Below are positions 33,106-44,488 of a stretch of 64,000 nt of DNA, in pieces; the first letter of the stretch is position 1, and every line of letters begins with the position of its first letter. Under the pieces are notes generated by a model. It made no database searches. It had not been told where the DNA came from and was given only the letters and a program-made list of their open reading frames with translations. The position numbers and the translations under genes were made by a program. The stretch lies in assembly GCA_963783385.1 (NCBI GenBank), contig CAWANJ010000002.1, positions 320,001 through 384,000 of the forward strand, in the 5' to 3' direction. The stretch comes from an uncultured Gemmatimonadales bacterium (GTDB lineage: Bacteria > Gemmatimonadota > Gemmatimonadetes > Palauibacterales > Palauibacteraceae).

Positions 33106-34959
33106 CGGGGGAGGCTGGAGGGCAGGTGGAGCGACCGAGCGAGGGCAGGGAAGCGACATCCTACCGGGACGCGCGCTGCGCGACGGCGGACCGCTCCTGG
33201 GTCGGCCGGACGGTGCGGCTGGCGGGCTGGGTGCACCGGCGGCGCGACCTGGGCGGCCTGCTGTTCGTGGACCTGCGGGACCGGAGCGGCCTCGTGCAGC
33301 TGGCGTTCGGCGAGGACTGGACGGAGGCCGACGCGCTCGAGCTGGCGCACGCCCTCGGGCCCGAGGACGTGGTCCGCGTCCAGGGAGAGGTGGAGCCGCG
33401 CCCCGAGGGGGCCCTCAACCCCGACATGGCCACCGGGGAGATCGAGGTGCACGTCCGCTGCCTGGAGCGCCTGTCGGAGGCCGACTCGCTCCCGATCCTG
33501 GTGGCGGTGCCTCCCGAGGAGAGCCTGCCCTCCGAGGAGCTCCGGCTCCGGCACCGGTACCTGGACCTGCGCCGCCCCGAGATGGTGCGGCACTTCGAGG
33601 TTCGCCACCGGGCGGTGGCCGGCGCCCGCGCGGCGCTGGACGCCGAGGGCTTCCTGGAGGTGGAGACGCCGCTCCTCACGCGGCGGACGCCCGAGGGGGC
33701 GCGCGACTATGTGGTCCCCAGCCGCCTGCACCACGGGGAGTTCTACGCCCTGCCGCAATCCCCGCAGCTCTACAAGCAGCTCCTCATGGTGTCGGGCTTC
33801 GACCGTTACTACCAGGTGGCGCGCTGCCTGAGGGACGAGGACCTCAGGGCCGACCGCCAGCCGGAGTTCAGCCAGATCGACGTCGAGATGTCCTTCGTCG
33901 GGGTGGACGACGTGCTCGGCGTCGGCGAGCGCATGCTGGCGGGCATGTGGCGCGAGGGGGTGGGGCTGGAGCTCGAGCTTCCCTTCCCGCGCATGACCCA
34001 CGACGAGGCGATGGAGTCGTACGGGACCGACAAGCCGGACCTGCGGATCCCGTGGCGGCTCGAGGACTTCACGGAGACGCTCGACGGGCACCGGCTTCCG
34101 GGTCGTGGACGGCGCCGTCGAGGCCGGGGGACGGGTTCGCGGCCTGGTCGCCAGGGACGGGGTGCGGCTCTCCCGCAGCGAGATCGACCGGCTGGCGGCG
34201 CGCGCCACCGAGTACGGGGCCGGCGGGCTCCTGTGGCTCAAGTCGGGCGAGGAGGGTTGGTCGGGGCCCATGGCCCGCTTCATCGACGAGGAGCGCGGAG
34301 GACGCCTGGCTTCGGAGCACGACGTGGAGACCGGCGACCTCGTCCTCCTCGTGGTCGGCGGCGACGCCGAAACGTCCCGCCCCCTGGACGCGGTGCGGCG
34401 CGCAGCAGGGGAGGCACTGGACGCGGTGGACCGGAACGCGCATCGATGGCTGTGGGTCACGGACTTTCCCCTGTTCGAGCGCGACCCCGAGACGGGCCGG
34501 CCCGCGGCGGCGCATCACCCCTTCACCCTCCCCGCGACCGACGATCCGGCCCGCATCCGCGAGGAACCCTTCAGCGTGAAGGCCAGCGCCTACGACGTGG
34601 TGTACAACGGGGTGGAGTTGTGCAGCGGCAGCATTCGTTGCCATGATCCGGAGCTCCAGAGAGCGATCCTGGCGACGCTGGGACTGGGGGCCGAGGAGAT
34701 CGAGGAGCGCTTCGGCTTCCTCCTCGAGGCGTTCCGGTACGGCGTGCCGCCGCACGGCGGGTACGCCCTGGGAGTGGATCGCACCGTGATGCTCATGCTG
34801 GGAGCCGACTCGATCCGCGAGGTCATCGCTTTTCCCAAGACGACGGCGGCACGCGGGCTCATGGAGGGTGCGCCCTCTCCGCTGGCCCCCGGGGAGCTCG
34901 AGGAGTTCGGGCTACGCTTCGCGGAGGGGCCGGGCGCTCCGCGAGGAGCGTCGTCGTGA
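33102..34959 (+). CDS. aspS: Aspartyl-tRNA synthetase (frameshift near 34090)
   Basis: RDLGGLLFVDLRDRSG, TPEGARDY, ALPQSPQ, DRQPEF, HHPFT, GVPPHGG. Confidence 0.95.
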
Positions 34960-35952
34960 GCGACTCCTCGTCCGGGGCTCCCGTGGTGCGCACGCGTCTG
35001 TCCGCCGAGGGAGCCGATCAGCTTCTCCTGGCCGGGATCAACGACGTCAACCTCTCGGCCCTCGCGGACCTGTTCGACTGCCAGGTCGTCCTCCGCAACG
35101 ACGAGCTCATCCTCTCCGGCCCGGCGGAGGGCGTGGAGGCGTGCCGTTCCGTGGCCGAGCGCATGCTGGAGATGGCGCGTCTGCGCCGCTCCTTCGGCAC
35201 CGAGGACATCCGGCGCATGGCCGCGATGGGAGCTTCCGGCTCCGAAAACGGCGGCGGGTGCGCCGCGCGAGGACGCGCTCGTCCTGCCCGGCGTCCAGAA
35301 GGTGATCCGGCCCAAGTCGGAGGGGCAGGGCGAGTACCTCCAGGCCATCCGCGACAACGACATCGCGGTCGGCATCGGTCCGGCCGGCACCGGGAAGACC
35401 TACCTGGCCGTGGCCATGGGGGTGGCCACGCTGTACCGCAAGCGGGTGCGCCGCATCATCCTCACCCGCCCGGCGGTGGAGGCCGGCGAGGCCCTGGGCT
35501 TCCTGCCCGGGGACATCCGCGAGAAGGTGGATCCGTACCTGAGGCCGCTGTACGACGCGCTGGAGGACATGATGCCGCCGGACCGCGTGCGGCGGGCCAT
35601 CGAGGAGCACACCATCGAGATCGCGCCGCTCGCCTACATGCGCGGCCGGACCCTCTCGGACGCCTTCATCATCCTGGACGAGGCCCAGAACGCCACGACC
35701 TCCCAGATGAAGATGTTCCTCACCCGCCTGGGGCCGAACTCGCGGACCGTCATCACGGGCGACAAGACGCAGATCGACCTGGCCCGTCCCGAGGACTCGG
35801 GCCTCCTGGAGATCGAGGAGATCCTCACCGGGATCGAGGGCATCGAGTTCATCTACCTCACGGACCGGGACGTCGTCCGCCACCGGCTCGTGAAGGAGAT
35901 CATCCGGGCCTACGCGGAGAAGGGCGGCGAGACGGGCCGCCGGGAAGGATGA
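34956..35952 (+). CDS. phoH: PhoH-family ATPase (frameshift near 35255)
   Basis: [32 protein letters not shown]. The N-terminal part is in another frame. Confidence 0.9.
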
Positions 35953-35956
35953 GGCG

Positions 35957-38248
35957 GTGAGCCTCGGCTCGGCGGCCATCCGCTGGCGTCGCGCGCTGCG
36001 ATCGCTCAGCGGCTCGCCCGGGAGTGACTGGCGCTCCCTGCTGGTGCACCACGGCGTCCGTGCCGGCTTCGTGCTGGGCGCGGCGCTGCTGCTGCCGTTC
36101 CTGTTCCCGCGCACGTCGCTTCCCAGCTACGCCCACCTCGAGGAGGGCATGGTCGCCCCCGAGGACGTCATCGCGCGGGTGCCCTTCCAGGTCATGAAGG
36201 ATCCATCCGAGCTGGCGGCCGAGCGCGAGGAGGCCGCCAGCGGCGTGGCCCCCATCCTGGCCCTCGACCCCGCGGCCGCGGACTCGGCGGCCACCGACGC
36301 GATCCGACTGTTCACGCAGATGGACAGCGCCGCCCGGACGCCCGGCGCCGACACCTCCTCCGTCCGGGGCGTGCTGGCCCAGGCCGGGGTGACGCCCACG
36401 GCCGCGCAGCTCCAGTACCTGGCCTCCTCGGGACGGCGGTCCCGGCTGCGGGACGCGCTCGTGTCGGCGTACCGGACCCTGTTGCCGCGGGGGGTGGTGA
36501 GCCGCGGCGAGCTCGGCGGCGTGACGGCCGGACAGGTGGTCGTGCGCAGCCAGAAGGGGGACCGGCTGGTGGCACGGGACTCCCTCATGACAACCGGCGG
36601 CTTCTACGAGCGTGCCGCGGCCCGCGAGTCGGAGGATCTCGGCCCCACGGGGCAGCAGCTCTTCCAGACGCTCCTCGTCCGCTACGTGCAGCCCACGCTG
36701 CGGCTGGACAACGCCGCCACCCGGGCCGCCCGCCAGCAGGCCCGGGACGCGGTGCGGGCGGTCGAGGGGTCGGTGCTGCAGGGCGAGCGCATCGTGGCGG
36801 CCCACGAGCGCGTGAGCCGGGCCCAGGTGCGGAAGCTCCGCGCCTACGAGGCGGAGCTGCGGCGCCAGGGCCATGTGACCGGCGGCTACACGCCGCTGCG
36901 CACGGCGGGCTCGGTGCTGTACGGCGTGCTGATCCTGGGCCTGCTGGCCGTCGTCCTCCTGTCGCTGCGGCCGCGCATCTACCGGGACGTGCGCGGCTTC
37001 GTCCTCGTGGTCGGTCTGGCCTTCACCGTGGTCGTGGCCGGCGGGTATGCGGCGACCGCCGCCATGCCGGCGGTCGCGGTGCCGGTGGCCTTCGCCGCGC
37101 TCGTGGTGGGCGCCCTGTACGACGGGCTCCTCGGCGTCGTCGTGGCGGCGGTGGTGGCGGCGCTGGCCGCCGGCCAGCCTCCGCTGGCCGGGTCGACGAC
37201 GCCCTTCCTCACCTTCGTGGCCGGGGCCGCGGCGGCGATGGGCGTGCGCGGGGTCCGGCGGCGATCGGACAGCTGGATTCTCCTGGCGGTGGTGACGGCC
37301 GCGTACGTGGTCGGCGCGTCGAGCCTCGCGTTGACGCGCTCCCTGCCGCTCCACTCCCTGCTGGTCACGGCGGGGTGGGGAGGGCTCAACGCCGCCCTGT
37401 CGACGGTGGTGGCCATGGGGCTGGCCGTGCCGGCGCTGGAGAGCTTCACGGGCATCATCACGGACCAGACCCTGCTCGAGCTCTCCGACCTGGACCGGCC
37501 GCTCCTGCGCAGGCTGTCGCGCGAGGCGCCCGGCACCTACGCCCACTCGGTCGGAGCGGCCAACCTGGCCGAGGCGGCCTGCTCGGCCATCGGCGCCAAC
37601 GCGCTGCTGGCGCGCGTGGGGGTGTACTATCACGACATCGGCAAGATGGCCCGGCCGCAATTCTTCATCGAGAACCAGCCCCCGGGCCGCAACCCGCACG
37701 ACCGCCTTGCGCCGGAGAAGAGCGTGGAGGTGCTGCGCGAGCACGTGCGCGAGGGGCTGCGCCTGGCCGAGGACGCCCGGCTGCCGGGGGCGATCCGCGA
37801 CTTCATCGCGCAGCACCACGGGTCGCAGCGGATCAGCTTCTTCTTCGAGAAGGCGCGTCAGCAGGGCAAGGACCCGGACCCCGAGGCCTACCGGTACGAG
37901 GGCCCGAGGCCGCGCAGCAAGGAGACCACGGTCGTGATGCTGGCCGACGCCGTCGAATCGGCCACCCGCACGCTCTCCGATCCGACGCCGTCCGGCATCC
38001 GGACCCTGATCGAGCGACTGACGCGGGGCCGTCTCGAAGAGGGCCAATTCGACGAGAGCCCGATCACGCTGGGGGAGCTGGTCCAGGTCAAGGAGGAGTT
38101 CGCCCGGGTGCTGATCGGCATGTACCATCGCAGGATCGACTATCCCGGCTCCGACACGGCCCCGCCCGCGGCCCGGGAGGGGACGACCGGGGAGGTCGAG
38201 TCCGAGGACGGCCGTCCGGCGGAGCGTTCCCCGCGCGTAGGGACGTGA
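35957..38248 (+). CDS. 7TM-HD phosphohydrolase (PgpH-like)
   Basis: Extracytoplasmic domain, multiple TMs, APGTYAHS, YHDIGK, HHG, MLAD. Confidence 0.88.
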   Translation: MSLGSAAIRWRRALRSLSGSPGSDWRSLLVHHGVRAGFVLGAALLLPFLFPRTSLPSYAHLEEGMVAPEDVIARVPFQVMKDPSELAAEREEAASGVAPILALDPAAADSAATDAIRLFTQMDSAARTPGADTSSVRGVLAQAGVTPTAAQLQYLASSGRRSRLRDALVSAYRTLLPRGVVSRGELGGVTAGQVVVRSQKGDRLVARDSLMTTGGFYERAAARESEDLGPTGQQLFQTLLVRYVQPTLRLDNAATRAARQQARDAVRAVEGSVLQGERIVAAHERVSRAQVRKLRAYEAELRRQGHVTGGYTPLRTAGSVLYGVLILGLLAVVLLSLRPRIYRDVRGFVLVVGLAFTVVVAGGYAATAAMPAVAVPVAFAALVVGALYDGLLGVVVAAVVAALAAGQPPLAGSTTPFLTFVAGAAAAMGVRGVRRRSDSWILLAVVTAAYVVGASSLALTRSLPLHSLLVTAGWGGLNAALSTVVAMGLAVPALESFTGIITDQTLLELSDLDRPLLRRLSREAPGTYAHSVGAANLAEAACSAIGANALLARVGVYYHDIGKMARPQFFIENQPPGRNPHDRLAPEKSVEVLREHVREGLRLAEDARLPGAIRDFIAQHHGSQRISFFFEKARQQGKDPDPEAYRYEGPRPRSKETTVVMLADAVESATRTLSDPTPSGIRTLIERLTRGRLEEGQFDESPITLGELVQVKEEFARVLIGMYHRRIDYPGSDTAPPAAREGTTGEVESEDGRPAERSPRVGT

Positions 38249-38724
38249 CGGGGGCGATCCGGATCGAGATCGCCGGCCTCGAGGACTGGCCGTCCCTCGA
38301 GGGGGCGCGGCCCGCCCTGGAGAGGGGGGTCCGCCTGGCCCTCGACTCGGCCGCCGAGCCGCTCCGCGGTGAGGTCTCCGTGGCGTGCCTCGACGCGGAC
38401 GCCATGGCGGAGCTCAACCGGCGGTGGCTGAAGCGGGAGGGTCCGACCGACGTGATCGCCTTCGACCTGGGCGAGCCCGGCGCCGACGGCGTCCGCGAGC
38501 TGGTCGGCGACGTGTACGTGTGCCCCGATGTGGCCGTGGCGGCGTCCGCCGCGCCCGGTGGCCCGGAGGCCCCGGAGGAAGTCGTCCGTCTGGCCATCCA
38601 TGGCGTACTGCACGTCCTCGGGCACGACCATCCCGAGGACCAGACGCGCTGGGCGTGTCCCATGTACCGGCTTCAGGAGAGCCTCCTGGCCCGTGCCCTG
38701 GAGGCCGACGCCCCGCAGGCCTGA
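38245..38724 (+). CDS. ybeY: Endoribonuclease YbeY
   Basis: PTDVIAF, GDV, HGVLHVLGHDH. Confidence 0.92.
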   Translation: MTGAIRIEIAGLEDWPSLEGARPALERGVRLALDSAAEPLRGEVSVACLDADAMAELNRRWLKREGPTDVIAFDLGEPGADGVRELVGDVYVCPDVAVAASAAPGGPEAPEEVVRLAIHGVLHVLGHDHPEDQTRWACPMYRLQESLLARALEADAPQA

Positions 38725-38739
38725 GACGGGAGGCGCCCG

Positions 38740-39390
38740 ATGCTGAGCCGACTGCGACGCTACCTGATCACGGGGCTCATCGTGGTGGCCCCGATCGGGG
38801 TGACCGTGTTGGTGCTCGTGTGGCTGTTCGAGCACCTGGACGCGATCCTGGGTCAGTGGCTGCCCGTGCCGGTCCGCTTCCCCGGGGTGGGCTTCCTGGC
38901 GCTCCTCGTCATCCTCCTGTTCGTGGGCTGGATGCTGCGCTGGGCCGCGGGCCGGCGGCTGCTCAGGTGGTGGAACCGCATCCTGTCCCGGCTGCCGCTC
39001 ACCCGCCGGCTGTACAACGCCTCGTCCCAGATCGTGCAGTCGCTGCTGGACCGGGACGAGAACATCTTCCAGAGCGTGGCGCTGATCGAGTACCCCTCCC
39101 CGGGGTCGTACGCGATCGTGTTGGTGACGGCTCCAGCGCCGAGCTCGGTGGGTAACCTGCATCCCGGAGCGGACCTGGTGAGCGCGTTCCTGCCGACCAC
39201 GCCCAACCCCACGACCGGCTACCTGCTCCTGGTGCCAGCCGAGCGGCTCAAGATCGTGGACATGACCGTCGAGGACGCCATGAAGTTCATCATCTCCGCC
39301 GGCGTGGTGGCGCCCGAGCCCGACCAGCCCCGCATGCGAGGCCTCGACGTCGAGCGGCTCATCCGCGAGGCCGGGAAGCGCCGCCCGTGA
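38740..39390 (+). CDS. DUF502 membrane protein
   Basis: GLIVVAPIGVT, IEYP, PTTPNPTTG, FIISAG. Confidence 0.88.
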   Translation: MLSRLRRYLITGLIVVAPIGVTVLVLVWLFEHLDAILGQWLPVPVRFPGVGFLALLVILLFVGWMLRWAAGRRLLRWWNRILSRLPLTRRLYNASSQIVQSLLDRDENIFQSVALIEYPSPGSYAIVLVTAPAPSSVGNLHPGADLVSAFLPTTPNPTTGYLLLVPAERLKIVDMTVEDAMKFIISAGVVAPEPDQPRMRGLDVERLIREAGKRRP

Positions 39391-40734
39391 CCGATCCGCG
39401 GAACCCGGAGGAGATGCTGTCGACAGCATCCCATCTGCTCGCCTCCGGGGATGACGAGAGCCTCCGCGAATACGGGGTCTCGCTGCACCCCAGCGACCTG
39501 GCGGACCTCCTCGAGCACCTGGAGGAGGGGGACCGGGTGCGGCTGCTGTCCCTCCTCCCGGCCGGGCCGGCCTCGGACGCGCTGGCCGAGATGGAGGACG
39601 TGGAGCAGCCCGGCGCGCTCCTGGCCCGGCTGGAGCCCGAGCGCATCGCCGAGCTCGTCTCGGAGCTGGCCGACGACGACGCAGCGGACCTGATCGGCGA
39701 GCTCGAGCCGGAGGACCAGGCCCGGGTGCTGGCCTCCGTGGACGACCCGGTCGAGATCGAGGAGCTCCTCCACTACCCGCCGGAGACGGCCGGCGGGATC
39801 ATGACGCGGGAGATGGTGGCCGTCTCCTCGGCCCTCACGGCCGGAGCCGCCCTGGCGTCCATCCGGCGCCAGGCGTCGCAGGTGGACGAGTTCTTCACGA
39901 TCTTCGTGGTGGACCCGGCCGGCCGCCTCCAGGGCGTGGTCCCCCTGCAGGGCCTCGTGCTGAGCGATCCGGACCGGCCCATCACGGAGCTGGTGGAGGA
40001 GCCCCCCGCCGTGGTTCCGGTCCACATGGACCAGGAGGAGGTGGGCCGGATCCTGTCGCGCTACAACCTGGTGTCCATCGGCGTGCTGGACCCGCTGGGT
40101 CGTCTGGTGGGCCGCGTGACCTTCGACGACGTGATCGACGTCATCGAGGCCGAGACCACCGAGGACATCCTGCGCTTCGCCTCGGTGTCCGAGGAGGAGG
40201 AGCTGCGGGGCTCCATGCGCGATGCGGTGCGGAGCCGGCTGCCGTGGCTGCTCGATCAACTTCGTCACGGCGGTCATGGCCGCCGCCGTCGTCTATCTGT
40301 TCCAGGGCACGATCCGCCAGCTCGTGCTCCTGGCGGTGGCCATGCCGATCATCGCGGGCATGGGGGGCAACGCCGGGACGCAGGCGCTCGCGGTCACCGT
40401 GCGGCGCATCGCGCTCTCGGACGAGACGACCCGGGAGCTGTGGAGCGTGGTGGGGAAGGAGCTCCTGGTCGGGCTCATCAACGGGCTGGTGCTGGGGCTG
40501 ATCGGGGCGCTGGCGGGCGTCCTCCTGGCGGGGAGGCCCCTGTTCGGGCTCGTCGTGCTCCTGGCCATGTGGGGGAACCTGGTGGTGGCCGGGTTCGCCG
40601 GCGCCTTCATCCCCATCTTCCTGGAGAGCGTCGGCGTGGATCCGGCCGTGGCCTCCTCGATCTTCGTCACCACCTTCACCGATCTGTGCGGCTTCTTCCT
40701 GCTCCTGGGGCTGGCCACGGTCGTGCTGCTCTGA
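39387..40734 (+). CDS. mgtE: Magnesium transporter MgtE (frameshift near 40253)
   Basis: TAGGIMT CBS pair, RLPWL, GMGGNAGTQ, DPAVAS, TTFTD. Confidence 0.92.
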
Positions 40735-40810
40735 AAGGGCCGTCTCGGGCCGGGACGGTGGGGGCCGGGCGTTTGCCGTGTCCGGAGCGGGGCGCCAACT
40801 TGGAGCCGCG

Positions 40811-41953
40811 ATGAGTACGAGGACGGAGGACGGGACGGAGGCGCCGCGTACGCGGCGCGAGGCCGACGCGGGCGGCGAGGAGCTGCCCGAACGGTTCGCC
40901 GCCGTGGTTCGCCGCTTCCGGGCCGGGGATCCGCGCGGACTCGCCCGGGCCATCACCCTGGTGGAGAACGAGATTCCCGGCTTCGAGCGCCTGCTGGACG
41001 CGCTGCACGAGGGGGTGGGCCGCGCCCGCCGCATCGGGATCACGGGTCCTCCCGGGGCGGGCAAGTCGACCCTGACCGCGGCCCTGGCGCGCCTGTTCCG
41101 CGCGCGCGGGCTCACGATCGGCATCGTGGCGGTGGACCCGACCAGCCCGTTCACGGGCGGCGCCCTGCTCGGGGACCGGGTGCGGATGACCGACCTGGCC
41201 ACCGAGGAGGGGATCTTCATCCGCTCCATGGCGAGCCGGGGCTCCCTGGGGGGGATGGCGACCGCCAGCCGCGAGGCCGCCGACCTCATGGACGGGTTTG
41301 GGTTCGACCGCATCCTGCTCGAGACGGTGGGCGTGGGCCAGTCGGAGCTCGAGGTCGCCCAGGCGTGCGACACGGCCGTGGTCGTGCTGGTGCCCGAGTC
41401 GGGCGACGGCATCCAGGCCATGAAGGCCGGCCTCATGGAGGTGGCGGACCTGTTCGTGATCAACAAGGCGGACCGCCCCGGGGCCGACCGGCTGGCGGCC
41501 GAGATCGCCATCATGCAGCGCATCCGGGCCGGCCGGACGCCGGGCGGCGGGACGGGCCACCACGGGGCGGGTGCGGCCGGCGGCGGCGAGTCGGACGGGG
41601 CCGCCGACGGTGACGAGCCGGCCCGCTCCGGCGGCCGCGAGGCTCCGGTGCTGCAGACGGCCGCCTCGAAGGGCGAGGGGATCGAGGCGCTGGCCGGCGC
41701 GCTGGATGAGCATTTCGGGTTCCTGCAGGAGGGTGGGGCGCTGGAGCGCCGCCGCCGCGAGCATCTGGTCGAGCACGCCCGCTCCGTGCTCCGCCGGCGC
41801 TACGAGCGCCGGGCGGATGCGATGTGGAGGGAGCGCGGACCCGAGGTCGAGAAGGCGCTGGGTGCCGGCCGGCTGAGCCCGTACGCGGCCGCCGACGCGG
41901 TCGAAGACGGGGCCTCCGACGCCGTCGAGGAGCGCTCCCGGGAGGCCGACTGA
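40811..41953 (+). CDS. meaB: Methylmalonyl-CoA mutase-associated GTPase
   Basis: GPPGAGKST, DPTSPFTGGALLGDRVRM, ETVGVGQSE, NKAD. Confidence 0.94.
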   Translation: MSTRTEDGTEAPRTRREADAGGEELPERFAAVVRRFRAGDPRGLARAITLVENEIPGFERLLDALHEGVGRARRIGITGPPGAGKSTLTAALARLFRARGLTIGIVAVDPTSPFTGGALLGDRVRMTDLATEEGIFIRSMASRGSLGGMATASREAADLMDGFGFDRILLETVGVGQSELEVAQACDTAVVVLVPESGDGIQAMKAGLMEVADLFVINKADRPGADRLAAEIAIMQRIRAGRTPGGGTGHHGAGAAGGGESDGAADGDEPARSGGREAPVLQTAASKGEGIEALAGALDEHFGFLQEGGALERRRREHLVEHARSVLRRRYERRADAMWRERGPEVEKALGAGRLSPYAAADAVEDGASDAVEERSREAD

Positions 41954-42065
41954 GTCCTGGCGGGCCGGGAACGCCGGGCACCGGGAACCGTATAGCTAGT
42001 GGGCCGCCGCCGGGTCTCTTCCCGGTACCGGGCGGCCGGGTGCACACCAGGCTGGGAGCCACCCC

Positions 42066-43790
42066 ATGGGAAGCGTGATGGACGATACCCGGTCCCGGGA
42101 GGCGCTCGAGCGCGAGCTCGAGGCCCGGGAGAGCGAGGTCGAGGCGCTGCGCGCGGAGCTCGCGCGCTGGCGCGAGGCCTACGAGGCCGTCCCCAAGCGG
42201 GGCGACGCGGCCGGCTTCACGACCGTGTCGGGCCGGAGGGTGGCGCCCCTGTACACGCCGCTGGACCGGGACGGGTTCGACTACGCGCGGGACCTGGGCT
42301 TCCCGGGCGAGTTCCCGTTCACGCGGGGCCCCTACCACAGCATGTACCGCACCCGGCTGTGGACCATGCGGCAGTTCTCCGGCTTCGCCACCGCCGAGGA
42401 GACGAACGAGCGCTACAAGTTCCTGCTCGAGCGCGGCCAGACCGGGCTCTCCGTCGCCTTCGACTTCCCGACCCTCATGGGCTACGACTCCGACGACCGC
42501 CTGTCGGAGGGCGAGGTGGGGAAGTGCGGCGTGGCGATCACGAGCCTGGCCGACATGGAGACGCTGTTCGACGGCATCCCGCTGAGCGACGTGTCGGTGT
42601 CGATGACCATCAACGGGCCGGCCATCATGCTGTACTGCTTCCTGCTGGTGGCGGCCGAGAAGCAGGGGGTGCCGTTCGAGGAGGTCCAGGGCACGATCCA
42701 GAACGACATCCTCAAGGAGTACATGGCGCAGCACGCCTGGATCTACCCGCCCGAGCCGGCCCTCAAGCTCATCGTCGACACGTTCGAGTGGTCCGCCGAG
42801 CACGCGCCGAAGTTCAACACGATCTCGATCTCCGGCTACCACATCCGGGAGGCCGGCGCCACGGCCGCCCAGGAGCTGGCCTACACCCTGAAGAACGGCT
42901 TCACCTACGTGGAGCGGGGGATCGAGCGCGGGCTGGACGTGGACGCCTTCGCCCCGCGGCTGTCCTTCTTCTGGGACGTCCACAACGACTTCTTCGAGGA
43001 GATCGCCAAGTTCCGGGCGGCGCGCCGCATCTGGGCCCGTCACCTGCGCGAGGTCTACGGGGCGCGTGAGCCCGAGAGCTGGCGGCTCAGGACGCACGCG
43101 CAGACGGCCGGCGTGACGCTCACCGCCCAGCAGCCCGTGAACAACGTGGCCCGGGTGGCCTACCAGGCCATGGCCGCGGTCCTGGGCGGCACGCAGTCCC
43201 TGCACACCAACGCCCTCGACGAGACGCTCGCCCTCCCCACCGAGCAGGCGGTGCGCGTGGCGCTCCGCACCCAGCAGATCCTCGCCTACGAGACCGGGGT
43301 CGCCCACTCGATCGACCCCCTGGCCGGCTCCTACTATCTGGAGCGGCTCACCGACGAGCTCGAGGAGGAGGCCGAGGAGATCTTCCGGGAGATCGACTCC
43401 CTGGGCGGCGTCGTCTCCGGGATCGAGAACGGTTACTTCCAGTCCCAGATCGCCGCCTCCTCGCGCCGCTTCCAGGCCGAGGCCGAGTCCGGCGACCGGG
43501 TCGTGGTCGGGGTGAACGAGTTCGTGGAGGATGAGGAGTCGCCGATCGAGATCCTCAAGATCGGCGAGGAGGCGGCGGCCAAGCAGCAGGAGCGACTGGC
43601 CGCCGTGCGCGAGCGCCGCGACGGGGCCGAGGTGGAGCGCCTCCTGGACCGGCTGGGCGAGGCGGCCCGCGCCGACGAGAACCTCATGCCCCCCATGCTG
43701 GACGCCGTCCGCGCCTACGCCACCCTGGGCGAGATCCGGGCCACGCTGGAGGCGGTGTACGGCCGCTTCCAGGAGCCGGTGAGCTTCTGA
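42066..43790 (+). CDS. Methylmalonyl-CoA mutase family, substrate-binding (large) subunit
   Basis: [40 protein letters not shown]. There is no B12-binding domain, so this is a split enzyme. Confidence 0.93.
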   Translation: MGSVMDDTRSREALERELEARESEVEALRAELARWREAYEAVPKRGDAAGFTTVSGRRVAPLYTPLDRDGFDYARDLGFPGEFPFTRGPYHSMYRTRLWTMRQFSGFATAEETNERYKFLLERGQTGLSVAFDFPTLMGYDSDDRLSEGEVGKCGVAITSLADMETLFDGIPLSDVSVSMTINGPAIMLYCFLLVAAEKQGVPFEEVQGTIQNDILKEYMAQHAWIYPPEPALKLIVDTFEWSAEHAPKFNTISISGYHIREAGATAAQELAYTLKNGFTYVERGIERGLDVDAFAPRLSFFWDVHNDFFEEIAKFRAARRIWARHLREVYGAREPESWRLRTHAQTAGVTLTAQQPVNNVARVAYQAMAAVLGGTQSLHTNALDETLALPTEQAVRVALRTQQILAYETGVAHSIDPLAGSYYLERLTDELEEEAEEIFREIDSLGGVVSGIENGYFQSQIAASSRRFQAEAESGDRVVVGVNEFVEDEESPIEILKIGEEAAAKQQERLAAVRERRDGAEVERLLDRLGEAARADENLMPPMLDAVRAYATLGEIRATLEAVYGRFQEPVSF

Positions 43791-43833
43791 TCGGTCAGCG
43801 GCCCCAGCCCCAAGGCCTCAGCCCATTCCGCCG

Positions 43834-44473
43834 CTACTCCGAGGCTCGCCGTGCGCAGAAGTAGCCGTTGGGTGTCGGTGGTCTCCAGAAGCCGACAGCC
43901 CATGTGCCCTTGAGGCCCGTGGAATCGGCTGCCCATACGACCCAATCGGGAGCTCGCCGCGGCCGGACGCTTCCGCTCCGTTCGATCTCTCCTTGTTCCA
44001 AGAAGACGGTGCCGTCCCTTCCCCGCGAACCTACCAGCTGCTTGGACACCTCCACCGATTGAACAATGCGGGCCGTTGCCGGCTGTAGCGAATCGGCCTC
44101 ACCTCTGTCCAGGGCGAGATCAGTTTGTCCTTCGACGAGCCAGGAGAGACCCTTGAGTATTTCAGGGCCTTCGCGTGACCAACGCTCGAGGGTCAAATGG
44201 CCAGACACATCGGAGCCTTTCTGCTCACCCGCCGCGATGTGCATCGTCAGTTCATATGTTCCGGGTAGCCACCCAATCTCGACGACCGAGGCCGCGAGCG
44301 TATCCGGTGGACCACAAGCTCGGATATCCGCCGCTGCCTCCTTTCGTGAATTCTCTTGCCTTGACGGGATACAGGCGATCGCCGACGCTGCCATCACCGA
44401 CGCTGACGATACAGACCAGGCTGCGCCTTACGAACAGGTTTCTGCCGCCCTCGCGTTCGTCCTTGAGCTTCAT
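43834..44473 (-). CDS. Putative immunity lipoprotein for JAB-like toxin A (probable frameshift near 44400)
   Basis: Directly downstream of the Rhs-CT. ASAIAC lipobox-like segment. Paralogous to 46075-46641 (C-x-PPDT...GTW...GYFCA-x-R). Confidence 0.65.
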
Positions 44474-44488
44474 GATTTTCTGAGCGCC

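Noticed and set aside
4866-40734. Frameshifts in comEC, fbp, purS, truA, trpA, aspS, phoH, mgtE read as pseudogenisation or programmed frameshifting
   Set aside because: Single indels scattered over conserved and essential genes such as aspS, several in G/C runs and with otherwise intact motifs, fit long-read consensus errors best.
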